Made by a program: the position numbers and the translations under genes. From positions 62,994,001-63,058,000 of the forward strand of contig NC_058368.1 of NCBI RefSeq assembly GCF_018350175.1: a stretch of DNA of 64,000 nt, written 5' to 3'. Shown in pieces: positions 24,201 to 36,992 of this stretch (positions are counted from its first letter, which is position 1; each line of letters opens with the position of its first letter). This DNA comes from Felis catus. Lineage: Eukaryota. The notes under the pieces are model-generated. The model was not told where the DNA came from. It did not search any database and saw nothing but the letters and a program-made list of their open reading frames with translations.

Positions 24201-27200
24201 ATAACTCATTTATTTCTGTTATTTAATTATTTCCATTTCTATTTACCTTGGACTTTGCTCTTTTTCTAGTTCCTTTGGACATAAAGTTAGATTGAGTTTT
24301 TACTTGTTTTTGAGGTAAGCCTGTATTGCTATATGCGCTCCTCTTAGAACTGCTTTTGCTATATCCTAGAGATTTGGGGCTGTTGTGTTTTCATTTTCAT
24401 TTGTCTCCACATATTTTTTTTTTCTTCTTTGATTGCTTCACTGATGCATTAGTTGTTTAGTATCATGTTTAGTCTCCACATATTTGTGGTTTTCCAGAGT
24501 TTTTTCTTTGGATTTATTTCTCGTTTCATGCTATTTAGAAGATAAAAGATGCATGGTATGATTTTAGTCTTCTTAAATTTATTGCGGCTTGTTTCATGGC
24601 CTAATAAGTGATCTCTTCTGGAGAATGTCGAATGTGCACCTAAAATGAATGTATATTCTATTGTTTTGAGATGGATGTTTTGTATGTATCTATTCTATCC
24701 ATCTGGTCCAATGTGTGATTCAAAGACATTGCTTCCCTACTAATTTTCTATCTGGATGATCTATCCATTGATGTAAGTGGAGTGTTAAAATCCCCTACTA
24801 TTGTCATATTACCACCATTAGTTTCTCTCTTTATATCTATTAATATTCGCTTCGTGTATTTAGGTGCTTCAGCATTGGGTGCATAGATCTTTACAATTGT
24901 TGATCCTCTTGTTGGATTGATCCCTTTTTTATTATGTAATGCACATTTTTATCTCTTGTTACAGTCTGTTTTAAAGATGATTTGGTTAAGTATTGTTACC
25001 CTGGCCTTATTTTCTACTTTCGTTTGTATTATGAGTGTTTTTCCACCCCTTTACTTTCAGTCTCTATGCATCTTTAGGTCTAAGATGAATCTCTTGTAGG
25101 CAGCATATGTCTTTTTTTTTCTAATCTATCCCACTACTCTCTTGATTGGAACGTGTAGGTCATTTACATTTAAAGTAATTATTGATAGGTATGTACTTAA
25201 TAGCATTTTAAAATTTGTTTTATGGTTGTTTTTGTAGTTCTTTGCTCCTTTCTTGATCTTTTTCTTTGTGATAGATCAATATCTATAGTGTTTTGACTCT
25301 GTTTTTGTCTATGAATATCTGTCATAGGTTTTGGGTTTGTGGTTACCATGAGATTCATATATAACCTCCTAAGTAAATAGCACTCTATATTAATTTGATG
25401 GTCCTTTAAGTTCAAACACATTATAGAACAAAAAAAATAAAAATTCTTTTCTTCCTTCTTTTCCTCTTTTTACTCCTTTCTATGTTTTATGTATAAATTG
25501 TCTTATTTTACATCTTTTATTCATAGTTTTCTTGTCTATTTACAGCTATTTATTCTTAGAATCCCATCAACATTTCTTGTAAGGCTGTTGTAGTGTTGAT
25601 AAACTCCTTTATCTTTTGTTTGGAAAGCTCTTTGTCCCCTTCATATGTGAGTGATAACCTTGACTGTTAGAGTATCCTTGGTTGTAAATTTATTCCTTTC
25701 AGAATTTTGAATATATCCAGTGTGCCAAGTTTCTGCTGAAAAATCAGTTGATAGCCTTATAAGTTTTCCCCTGTACATAATTTTTGTGTCTCTTTTAAGA
25801 TTCTCTCTTAATCTTTAACCTTTGATACTTTAATTTTTATGTACCATGGTGTGGACCTCTTTGGGTTCATCCTGTTTAAATTTTGCATTTCTTGGACTCG
25901 AATAAGTTCCATACACCCTTCTTTCTCTTTCTTTCTGGGGGTCATTATGCAAATGTTTGTTCACTTTATGTTCAAGAGATCTCATAATCCTCATTTAAAA
26001 AAAAAAAAAAACTCTTTTCTCTTTAGGCTGTTTGTGTCCTTTCTATTATCCTATTTCCATTACCCATATCATTGAAATATTCTTTTGCATCTTCTCATGT
26101 ATAGTTGAGTCCCTCTAGTTTATTTCAGTTACTGAATTCTTCAGCTCTTTTTGGTTCTTGTTACTATTCTCTTTATTGATGGTCTCACTGAGTTCTTGCA
26201 CCCTTTTCTCCAGCCTCGTAATTATCTTTACAGTCATTTCCTTAAATTCTTTATGCAGTGTATTGCTTATATCTAATTCACTTAATGCTTTTTCTGAGGT
26301 ATTTTCCTTGTCCTTTTGGAGCATATTCCTTTGTCTCCCTATTTTGCTTGACTTTCTGTATTTGTTTCTATGGATTAGGCAAAATGGCCACTTCTAAAGT
26401 TGAAGAAGAGGTCTTGTGTATGGTGTCCCCTATTTATACTGTGTGTGCTTGTTCACTTTTGGTGGCTGGCTAGAGCTGTGGCTGTATATGCTAGTTACTC
26501 TTGTAAATTAGGGCTTTGTACAGAATAAAGAAAAATAATTAAAGGGAAAAGAAAAAGGAAAAAAGAAAAAAGAACAAAACTAAAAAGAAGAATATATAAA
26601 AATAAGACAAATTTTAAAGTTAAAAAGCATGGCTTAGTTGGTTAAGCATCTGACTCCGTTTTGGCTGAGGTCGTGATCCCCTGGTTTTGTGAGTCAAAGC
26701 CCCACACTGGGCTCTGTGCTGGCAGGGTGGAGCCTGCTTGGGATTCTCTCTCTCCTTCTCTGCCCCTCCCCTGCTCACAGTGTCTCTGTCTCTCTTAAAT
26801 AAGCTTTAAATTTTTTAAAATAAAAATTTTAAAGGAAATAAGCAATACACAACTTCCCTTTGTTATCTGTGGCACAGCATCACAGGGCGGCTGGTGCGGG
26901 TTTATAAACCATGGGCTCGCTGAGGTTGCAGGCTTATTGTGAGCTGGATCATGCTTCCATCTAGACTTTTAAGGTGGACGGGGAGAGTATATTCCTGCAG
27001 TTCCTTGGCTCTTTGAAACATGGTATATATCTGTGCCCCAGAAAAACTAACGATGGTGTGGGCTTGAGAGCCCTGGGCTTGCCAAGGTTGCAAGCTCCCT
27101 GTGATGACAGACCCACCAATTATGGCATCTGCCCCTGCCCCTTTTGGCATCCAGACCCTGCTCCATTAGGGGTTTTGGGGTGGAAGGGAAGAGACTGTTC

Positions 27201-27764
27201 CCGCAGTTTCTCTGCCCTTTTAAAACCCCCAGCTTCTTATCTGTGCCCTAGTGACTCTAGAGATGGTATGGGCTTATAGACCCTGGGCTCACTGAGGTTG
27301 CAAGTTCACTGAGCCTACAAGACTGGCCTCTTTTGATATACAGACCCTGTTCCAGTGTAGGCATTTAAGGCAGCGTTGGAATGTAAATTGTGTTATTCTC
27401 CAGCCCCTCTGACCTGTAGAACTTTCTCACAGCTCCTCAGTGGAGTTCTTGTGTTCTCTTTCATATGCTAGTGGTCTTTAAACTGTAGCACTATTTTTTC
27501 TGTGCCCAAGGATAGAGGGATCTTTTCCTTGTCCCACTTTCCCCTGCCTTTCTAGCATTAGGGGTGAGGGCTCCCTTTGTTACCACATTTCCATCTCTCT
27601 TACTGTTCTCTCACCATTCTCTCTGTCTTTGGTTGTTTAGTAGCTGTTCAGTCAGTTCTCAGTTATTCTTCAGGAGGACCTTTTCTATTCATAGGTGCAG
27701 TTTGGTGTGTTCTGTGGAGGAAGTGAATTCAGTCTTCCTACTTCACCATCTTGAACCAGAAACC
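21243..27764 (-). mobile_element. LINE-1 'L1-B', old full-length carnivore L1 (L1_Carn-like), heavily decayed
   Basis: T run (poly(A) tail) at ~21245-21264, then 3'UTR and continuous ORF2 homology to ~25200 (TYLSIITLNVN). ORF1 remnant in ORF 26115-26324. 5' end GGTTTCTGGTTCAAGATGG at 27764. Confidence 0.92.
26628..26830 (+). mobile_element. Can-SINE (head shortened) inserted in L1-B upstream of ORF1
   Basis: tggcttagttggttaagcatctgact...tggagcctgcttgggattctctctc. Confidence 0.88.
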
Positions 27765-28320
27765 TAGCTGGAGGAGATTTCTAAGCAGTGTTGAAGCAGT
27801 GACTTATTTCCTCCTGACAGCCTATAATAGAATGCAAGGAGAGAGAAATAAATTGAAGGATTTGTTAAGCAATAAGAAAAGAACTAGATTTTAGAGATCT
27901 GAAAAAGTTTTCAGCTGATCTGTTTGCCCCCCAAAAACGAGAAAGCATGTTGCAGAGAGAATACTCAGAGTGTGACTGCCCATGTAGATAAGGAAATTAC
28001 AGTGGATATAAACCATAGACCTAATCAGCCATCTAATAGAAACCAGGAATAGAGATGGGATTAAACCAGCAGGAATACTGCCAGCTGGGACTAAAGAGAA
28101 CACAGCTAAGTGGCATGAAATTAGAAAGGCTGCTGGACTTCTATAGGACAATATAATCAAGTTTTTTATTTGTGAACTTGAGCTATTCTTTATGAAAAGG
28201 GGAGAATGGCCCTAAACTCAATGCAGATCTCATTAGGGCCACTACCTCAGGCCAGCCTGGCCCTGAAGCCATGAAATTAGAGTTACCCAGAGCCATAGGG
28301 GCGCAACCTCTGCCCAGCAG
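27765..28320 (+). mobile_element. MaLR internal (MLT1-int-like) fragment, right part
   Basis: tagctggaggagatttctaagcagtgttgaag...ctcctgacagcctataatagaatgca continues the consensus from where it stopped at ~21235. Confidence 0.72.
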
Positions 28321-28774
28321 AATATTATAATTTATATCAATATTGATAGGATATTTTGCTGGCAACAGTGTTCACAATCTATTTTTTCCACCTTGTTTAC
28401 AGAGAACTACAGAATTGACCTTATAAATATTAAGTATTACAAAGCACTTTATATTATTGCCAGTAAGGAGTACTTGTTGAATAAAAACTTGGCAAAGAAT
28501 GAAATTATTTTGATTACTGTTTTCTCTTAATCATTAATTATCTATGTGATTTTTTTGTTGGGTCCTGTCATTCTCTCTGCCTGGGAATTTTTATGAAGAC
28601 AATAATACTTAATCTATATACTCCCTAGGGTTGTTTTGAGCAAAATAACTGTGGTAATACTGTAATTTTGGAAATGTGAATGACAAAATATAAGATCTAT
28701 CATTGCTGGTGCAATTTTAGCAGTTTAAATAAATTTGATTATTTGAGTAATGATAGTTATATTTAAATATAGTT

Positions 28775-28860
28775 CTGGATATGCAAGTTGTTAGTGTGTG
28801 AATGTTTTTGCCTTCTCTGCTGGATATGCAATTTGTTAGTGTGTGAATGTTTTTGCTTCT
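28775..28860. repeat. Tandem duplication, 45-bp period, two copies
   Basis: ctggatatgcaa(g/t)ttgttagtgtgtgaatgtttttgc at 28775-28811 and 28820-28856. Confidence 0.95.
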
Positions 28861-29756
28861 TGGTACATTAGTGTTCATTGTACATCTTAAAATACTTGGA
28901 GCAGAAAATGTTCTTTAAATTATTACCTCTTACATAAGAATTTAAGTTCTAAAGGTAAACGTGTTTTAGCTTTAGTCTTAGAAAAACCTACTTATAATTG
29001 TTTGTCTCCCACTGCTAATGTCACTTAAGGTGTAAAGAATGATTTTATATTAATCCTGAAAACATCACCTTGACATTTAAAGGGAAAGAAAACATTTTAT
29101 GAGACTGCAAATGAGCACTTAAGATATTGAAATGTCTCTTTGATGAAAAAGTAAAATGCTCTTTTGTTTTTCTTAAAAATGCTAACTTTCGTCTCCAAAG
29201 TAACATATGTCAGAGCATCCTACATAGATTTGAGGTGAAGAAGCCAGCCCATAACTCTTCAAAGTATCGTTGGGTTTTGCTGTGAACTAAAGCTATTTTT
29301 TATCTTGAAAGATGGACCTACTTAGGAAATAATTTTCAAGATGTCTGCTTTGGGAATGAGCAAATTATGCTTTGAGGAAAAACAGTAGACAAATCAACCA
29401 TTTTTTCAGTGACATTTGTTTATTTAATGGGACTATACATTTTGTGGGCATCTGACAGACAGATGCATTTATCATCTTCAAACAGAGGTTCATAATGTTT
29501 GAACCACAGGAGGATGACAATTGAGGCTTCAGGAGGGAGGATGATATTGAGGTTTCAGGACATCAAAATGGGTCTGGGAATCCATATGCAGGACTACAGA
29601 CTGAATAGTTCATTTTTCAAGTGTATGCTGATATTTATATTGCTTTGCCGATATATACACTCAAATTCATTTGCCACTTGCTGTTATCAATTAATCTGTT
29701 GCTACCAAAATCACAACTGCTATCAGTTGAATACCTACATACTTTTTTTTTTTTTT

Positions 29757-30320
29757 TTGGAAAAATTTAACTCAAATTCATTAAAGAGGTCATTAGTCTC
29801 AAGTGGCCCCTAATGCCGTGGTATCCTACCTAAGCAAACTAAACCCTAAGCTCGTTAGTTTCTTAAGGTTACAAAATTAAAACCTAAGGACAGCTAATTC
29901 CAAACAGCCAACAAGGCTGTAAGCTATGGCCAATCCATAATTTTCTTACTTGGCTTCTGCCTATTCGGTCTGAAAGCATCTCCCCCAAGTTCCTGTCATG
30001 GAGCACTCCGAACTGTTTCACATCTGGAGCTGCTTGGTAGGAATGAATTTTGGCTCAAGTAAGTTCTGAAAGCTTTTAATATGTCTTAATTTATTTTTAA
30101 AAAATTTAATGTTTGTTTTTGAGAGAGACAGCGTGAGCTGAGGAGGGACAGAGAGAAAGGGAGACCAGAATCCGAAGCAGGTACCAGGCTCTGAGCTGTC
30201 AGCACAGAGTAGTGTAGGGCTCGAACTCACTGAGCTCTGAGATCATGACCTGAATCGAAGTCCGAACACTTAATTGACTGAGTCACCCAGGTGTGCCTCA
30301 TCTTAGGTTACTTTTAACAC
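29757..30320 (+). mobile_element. ERV1-class solo LTR (MER57/MER93-like), with a SINE near its 3' end
   Basis: cctacctaagcaaactaaaccctaagc...ggccaatc...ggctcaagtaaagttctgaaagcttttaatatg...acttttaaca. Confidence 0.55.
30090..30297 (-). mobile_element. Can-SINE
   Basis: gaatccgaagcaggtaccaggctctgagctgtcagcacagag...gactgagtcacccagg. Confidence 0.92.
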
Positions 30321-32508
30321 TACTGTCTAAAACTAATACAGAAATTAAGAAATGAGAGGTTACAGAGCTTAGAGAAAGAGTGGTCAAAACAATCTGTAAA
30401 TAAAATACAGTCAGATGAAACAATCATTCTTGGCATATATTACAAAGGTTACTACTTCAGTTCCCAAATTAGGGATATACTTAGCTTTAAAAAGGAAAAA
30501 TATACATTCAATATGTCCATAGGCACAAAGAAATATAAACACAATGCAAATTACATCCGTAGAGAAAAGGAGAATTACGTTTGGACAGTAGAACCATTCA
30601 ATCTTTTTCAGTGTCCTTTTGAATTTCCAATAACTTAAATGAAAAGTAAAAATTGCCCTTACAGTTGAAAAGGAAAATTTAAGCCAAATCAATCTACATA
30701 GCAAAAATTGAATCTTTATTTCTTTGTGTGTGTTTTACTTCTTTTAGCTATCCATAGATTGTGATAGGAATTATGTTAATACAATCAAAGCTTCCTGGGA
30801 CTTGAGAATGTTCAAACATTTACTGATTCAACATTATTTATTGAGCAACAAGTATTTATAGCCACTGTCTTAAAGCACTTCAGGTAAACTAAAGAATAAC
30901 AAAATTGTGGTTCATTTACTTACAGAACCTAGTCTAAAAGAAATGTGGAAATTAGAATAAGCAATGCAATCAGGAAAAATCTAAAACTAAAGGAAAATGA
31001 GTGGTAATAGGACAAAGATTTTTAATGTATGAAGAACTCATAAAAGCTGATAACAAAAGCACAAAAACACTAATGTTAAAAATTGTCAGAATCAGGAATT
31101 AGACAAAAATGTGAATAATGAATGGGGAGAAGAGGCCAATGTTCAACTCACTTCCTGTAAATAAAATAAAGTGCACCTCTTTTAATACCTCTTCTCTGAC
31201 ATTTGGCCTATATAAGGTTGTTAAGGGAAAGTTCAGTCTGGCTGTCTCACACAAACTTTCTGTACTTCAGTATAACTTTTTTTAATACTACAAAGTTCAT
31301 TACAATATGAACGTTTTTTCTTATAAATAAGTACAAAAGTAGTAAAGTTTAAACCAATATTTATAGCAAGACATTTAATAAGGAATTAGATATACATGTG
31401 TGAAAAAGATATAAGAAATAGTAATATATTCTTTGTAGTTTTTATACAGTTCTTCAGTTTCCCGAGACCTTGATCTCTGAGGAGAAGGGAAGAAGAGGTA
31501 AAGGAACAGGTTGACAGACATAAGGATCTTTGGAACAAGGCATTTATTATCTAACCTCTGGTATCCAAAATGGAGTTTTTGAGTACACATCAGAAATATT
31601 CTTGAATTGCCAGGATTTGTGAAGAAAAACCCATTTTTCTGAATTTTTAAGGACCTCTCAGAAGGCAGGTCTCAGGGGAAACAACGGATATTTTACAACC
31701 AGAGAAAACCTCTCCTCTGCCCCTGATATAGGCTATGAGGCAGCAGGAGACCCGAGGGGGTCGAGAATGATGATGATCACATCATGTGGTCCTCACATAG
31801 GCCCCAGTCTCTCCCTATCTCCTGTGAGGTGATACAGAGTTGCTAGCAGCCTAAGTCTGGAAGCAAGGAAAAGAGGTAAATGTCTGGGACATGGGTTCCC
31901 CAAACTCTTCATTCCAAAATGATGCCAGTGAGACCCCATCATGATTTAGTTGTCACTAATCAGGACCCAGGCCAAACCAGGAAGGAACCAAAGGATACCA
32001 GCTGTATCTGAAGAGTTCTTTCCCACTTTGATGTAGACACAGTAAGCCCTGGTTGTAAAGTCTTATGCCAGTCGGAAGCCTCCTGAAATTGACACTCAAG
32101 ACTTAAGATTTAATTCTATTCCCAGAGAGCAGGTAACACATTTCACTTTTTAGTTATCTCTTAGGTCACTCTCACCATGGATTTTGGTCTTATTCTTCAT
32201 TGCAACTGAATTCATTACAATTAGCTAGACCTTTTATGAATTACATCTTCATCTAGTGAGTTCTTTTTATTTGAAGCTCTGCTCTGTAGGTTTATTTTTA
32301 CAAACAAAACAAATACTAACCAATGAATAAATTGTTTTATAATACAATTTAGACCTCCCCACATTATTTTCTATCACTGTTGACTGAGGCATGGAATCAT
32401 TACAACTGATTGGGGATGCATTTTCAATTCCTGTCATAACAAGACTAGCTTCAGACCCTTCATGTTATCCCCTCTAACAAAGGTGTTAGTGATACTTAAT
32501 TTTGTATT

Positions 32509-32693
32509 TAAATTTTTCAAATGCTTATTTTTGAGAGAGAAAGAGAATGAGTGGGGAAGGGGCAGAAAGAGAGGGAGACATAGAATGTTAAGCAGATTTC
32601 TGGCTCCAAGCTATCAGCAGAGAGCCCTACGCAGGGCTCAGACTCATGAACCGCGAGATCACGACCTGAGACAAAGTGGGACACTTGAAACCC
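32509..32693 (-). mobile_element. 5'-truncated Can-SINE with TSD
   Basis: The body lacks the first ~25 nt of the head. TSD tacttaattttgtatt (32493-32508) / tacttaactttgtatt (32694-32709). Confidence 0.88.
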
Positions 32694-33699
32694 TACTTAA
32701 CTTTGTATTCAAATGCCAGGACTTCAGTATATAATACTCCGTGACTCTTTAATCATGAATATTGTGCTGTTAAAGAACAGTAAACACTTCTGCATTTGAT
32801 TTCATAATTATATTATTCAATAAGATATAGCAAACCAAATAACATGCTTTCATATAGATAATTTTAGTGTATCCTAATGAGTACTTGAACTTATTAAAAC
32901 CTACCCATTATTTTGCAATATCATGTGTTGATCAGAACCTTAAAATTCTGTGTAACTAGTAGAAAACCCATTTTAACTTTTCATATATCAACACTAATAT
33001 AGGAAATATTTCTCCCATTACTAAGTATTTTTCATCCTGGTTCACAGGCCCTCTGTTTTTAAAGATATTCATTATTGGTCGATATCGTGGTTAATTTGCA
33101 ATATTTGTACAAAAGAACAAATGAACATTGGCCAAATCTGAGATTTGATAAGTATCAGAGTTACTAGATATAAAATTTCATCTATCCAGAAGGTAAACTA
33201 AAGATGTGTCTTTAAAAGATGAATTTGCCCCATTTTAGGAAAGATGTGGACAGTAGAGTCAGTTCTACCATAGATTAATATCTAGTGATTACAGAGTCCT
33301 TAGCCTTCCTCCTTGAAGGATGGACCTCATCTCCTCAAATGCAGGCTTTGATTAAAAAGAAGATAAATGAAAACTATTTTCTTGGTTCTTTCCTGCCCAT
33401 TTCTGAACCGACATACCCATTTAAATTCCATTTATTTCTCTTTCTTAAGTGCTCATACCTCCCATCCCCACAACATATTTTCACCTTTCTTTTAGTCTCT
33501 GTGCTAGTTCAGACCGTGTGAAAAGAATGCACAAGATAGCTCTGTTTCAAAACTAATTAGAAAAATAAGGGGCAAAAACTTTCATGGAAGAACAAGCCAT
33601 AAAAAACTTGGATAAGAGAGAGCTCTCAGGGGAGTCCTAATTGGGACTAGTTGGGAAGGCCTGGAAATAGCTTGCTCTATTTTTGCAAGTGAAAAAGTT

Positions 33700-33900
33700 C
33701 TGCACTGGTAGAAGAGCCCAGAGACTTTGACAAGATTCACAGGTTTTCATTCTAGCTCTGATGCTTAGCTGTGTCACCTCCACAGGACTCGTAACCTTTC
33801 ATTATGAGATAATGCGTATCTCACAGGTTTTAGGATTGTTTCAGATAATTTGTGTACTAGGACTTTATGAAATTGTAGTATGTTAGTGTAAGTTATTAAG
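33700..33900 (+). mobile_element. MIR
   Basis: ttctagctctgatgcttagctgtgtcacct...tatctcacaggttttaggatt. Confidence 0.55.
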
Positions 33901-33983
33901 TGAGAAAGGTAGGGCTCAGTATTATTAAATGGTTAGTTTACTTGGGTCAGTACTTTTATAAATAACTATTGGCCCTTGTTATA

Positions 33984-34182
33984 TTTTTTTTTTTTGTAAG
34001 TTTATTTATTTTGAGAGAGAGCAAGTCGGGGAAAGGGTAGGCGGGTGGAAGAGGGAAAGAGAATCCCAAGCAGGCTTTGCACCATAAGTTTGGAGCCGGA
34101 TGCGGGCTCGAGCTCATGAACTGTGAGATCATGACCTGAGCCAAAGTCAGATGCTTAACCAACTGAGCCACCCAGGCACCCC
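33984..34182 (-). mobile_element. Can-SINE
   Basis: gagatcatgacctgagccaaagtcagatgcttaaccaactgagccacccaggcacccc. Confidence 0.93.
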
Positions 34183-36645
34183 CATTTTATTCTTGATAAA
34201 TGTTTTCCTGTATGAGTTCTTCTCTGGGTTCATGAGAAACAAATGATTGTACAAGTCCGTTCACTTAATGTTGTTGAGTGCTTACTGTGTATCAGTCATT
34301 GTGCTAGGAAATTTGAATGCATTATTTTCCAATGTTATTCCAGTAACTTTATATGGATGTCACTTTCTCTACATAGAAAACAGTGGCCTGAATAAATGAA
34401 TCAGGGTAATATTTTTGTATATTACACTATTGTGTTTTCCCCTATATATTTTTTTGTTCCTCATGCATCCATATGTTAGGATATTTTATGGACAACACTT
34501 CAATAAGTCACAGAATTTTGTAATACTGGTTAAAAAAAAACCCCTCATTTCTTTCAAAACTATAGTTTGAGTAAGTAATAGCATTAATTTGTTTTGACCT
34601 TTTACTCTATAATAGTGAGTTTTTAAAGTATCTTACATTATTTCATTTAATCCTCTGTAAAACACAAGGAGATAGATGCTATGGTCATACACATTTTAGA
34701 AAGCTGTACTGTGGTACTATAAAAAACCTTACACAGACCTGAAATAAGGTACCTTTCCCAGGTTACATGGATGTTAAGAAGTAGAATGAGGCTTCAGAAG
34801 TCGAATCTTTACCCCCAAGGGAAGGCCTCGGTGACGGGAGAGATTCTTATGCCCTGTATTCTTCGGATTTTTAGGTTAGCCTAACTAAAGAAATAATTTT
34901 TTAAAATCTTGGAGGTCTGAAGATCCAGTGCACCTGTGCCTTTATACTGCAGTTAGCAAAGAAATTGCAAGAGTCCCAAGTTCCTCTAAGGGCACCATCA
35001 GACCAGAGTAGAAGAAATGTTAGCACAGTATGTCTAGGTAGATGGTCCAAATGCAACTTGTTGACCTCCTATCATATTCATATGTCTCCAGCATTGAAAG
35101 TAAAGTAGTATGACTTTTTCCTGATCCGTAGAAAAGCACAGAGAATGGAGCATGTCACAACTCTGCTAAATTTCTGAGAGCTCCAGAAAAAGCACAAGAT
35201 CGGCCAAATCTTTACAGGGCCTCTCAGGTGGGGAAGAGAAGAGGTGGAAGTTGCAGACGTAACTGAGAGAGCTGCCCACACCAGTGCCTGCATGGACAGA
35301 AACAAGAGGGCACAATGGAATAAACCACCAGCCATAGTTTTCCATGAAGCTATTGAAGGTGAAGGTTCAGAGCTCCTCACTTGCACAAGATCCTGTAAAG
35401 ACATAAAATGTATTGAAATTGCCTTATTATTTTCCAGCACTCTAATTGAAGATTAAATTGCAAAAATCTAGTGAATGGATTTAAAATGTAGAGGTCAATG
35501 AATTTTGACAAACTTATATTCTCATGTAACTAGTAATCATATCAAAATACATAACATTCTTATGCCAGCAAGTTACTTGTGCCCCCAAGGCTTCTGTCCC
35601 ACTCAGGCAAACACCCTGCCTATTGTATTCCCCCCCCCCAGGTTGTTTTGGCAATCTTCAGTGTACACGTTTTCATATAAATTTCAGAATCCCCTTATAA
35701 TTTCTTCAAAAAGACTTTTATCAGGAGTCACACTCTAAATTCTGCCTCCTTTAGTATTCAGTGCCTGTTGATATTCTGTTCTCTTAGCCTTCCCACTACT
35801 GTTTTTTCTGAGCAGCTTGGGGTCTCCCCCAACATGTGCATAGTTCAAGGAAGAGCTAAAGGTCTGGGGAATCTTGAATGTGGGTTTTGGGAGCTTACAT
35901 TTATGACTATTTTCAAATAGCATTTTCTCTTCACTTTCCCACTGCTTTTGACCTTGAACTCTGGCCTCTGACTTCTCGGTTCATTGGGACTTAACCGTTT
36001 GAGAGCTCTATTGCTGGCATGGCTTAGCAAAAAAAAAAAAAAAAAAAAAACAAAACTGGATAGATCTAGTTATAGACAGTCTCTTTATCTTCTCCTAAGG
36101 ACCATGTAATCTGTGGTTCTAGCTAGTTTTGTTCACTTTCCAGCACTTTGAGTTACATAAAAAAATAATTTGTCTAGTAAGAAAGCATAATTGTCTTTGA
36201 AAGATATTTTAATTTCCTATATGATACTTTGGTATTTCCAGAAGCTGAACCTATCCTATCCTTTTAAAAACTCATGGAAATAATGCGTTTTAACTGCATT
36301 CTGTTAAGAGCACTGCCTCTTTCTACAGTGACTTCCACTCTACCACGCTTCGCTTATGTCGGGTCACATTAGAGTTGTTGCAAGCGTTTTAGGAGTCTGG
36401 CAAAGGAAAAATAGACCTGGCAATACATATAGCTTGAATTTATTGGGATATTAGGTGATTCTCAAATAGATTATTACTAGCATTCTGTAAATGGATGGCT
36501 TCCAGGAATATTCTTATTGCCCATTGCGCTTTCTCAGCCGATACAGTTAAGTGTGTAATGCCAGAGGTTACCTAACACAAGATATATATGGGTAGTGAGT
36601 GAGAACAAGATTTGACATGTTCAAAGCCAGAAGATTTTTTTCCCC

Positions 36646-36941
36646 TTTAATAGACTTTATTTTTGGAACAGTTTCAGATGTACAGAAAAATTGTGAAGAT
36701 AGTACAGATGGCTTCCTTATACTTCACACCTCACTCACTTCATTAGCATTACATGTTAGTATGGTGAGTCAATATTGATAATTCTGGTTAGTCAAAGCTC
36801 ATATTTATATTTCCTTAGTTTTTGTCTAATGTACATTTTTTGTTCCAGAATTACATCTAAGATACTAGATAACAGGTCTCTTAGACTCCACCTGGAAGTG
36901 ACTATTTCTATTTTCCTTGTTTTTTTGATGCTTTGAACAGT
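36646..36941 (-). mobile_element. Old L1 3' end fragment (L1MB/L1MC-like)
   Basis: tagactttatttttggaacagtttcagatgtacagaaaaattg...gtgactatttctattttccttgtttttttgatg. Confidence 0.6.
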
Positions 36942-36964
36942 TTAATTTGTTTTCATACATTTTT

Positions 36965-36992
36965 ATTTATTTATTTTTTTATATGAAATTTA
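36965..36992 (-). mobile_element. Ultra-short (28 nt) L1 3'-terminal insertion with a perfect 16-bp TSD
   Basis: The minus strand reads TAAATTTCATAT-AAAAAAATAAATAAAT. It is flanked by gttttcatacattttt at 36949-36964 and 36993-37008. Confidence 0.8.

Noticed and set aside
31560..32100. Moderately GC-rich unexplained stretch
   Set aside because: No recognisable ORF, RNA gene or repeat signature; it may be a decayed LTR, but I cannot support that.
35078..35456. 120-aa minus-strand ORF and an overlapping plus-strand ORF
   Set aside because: No recognisable domain or splice context; the length is within chance expectation.
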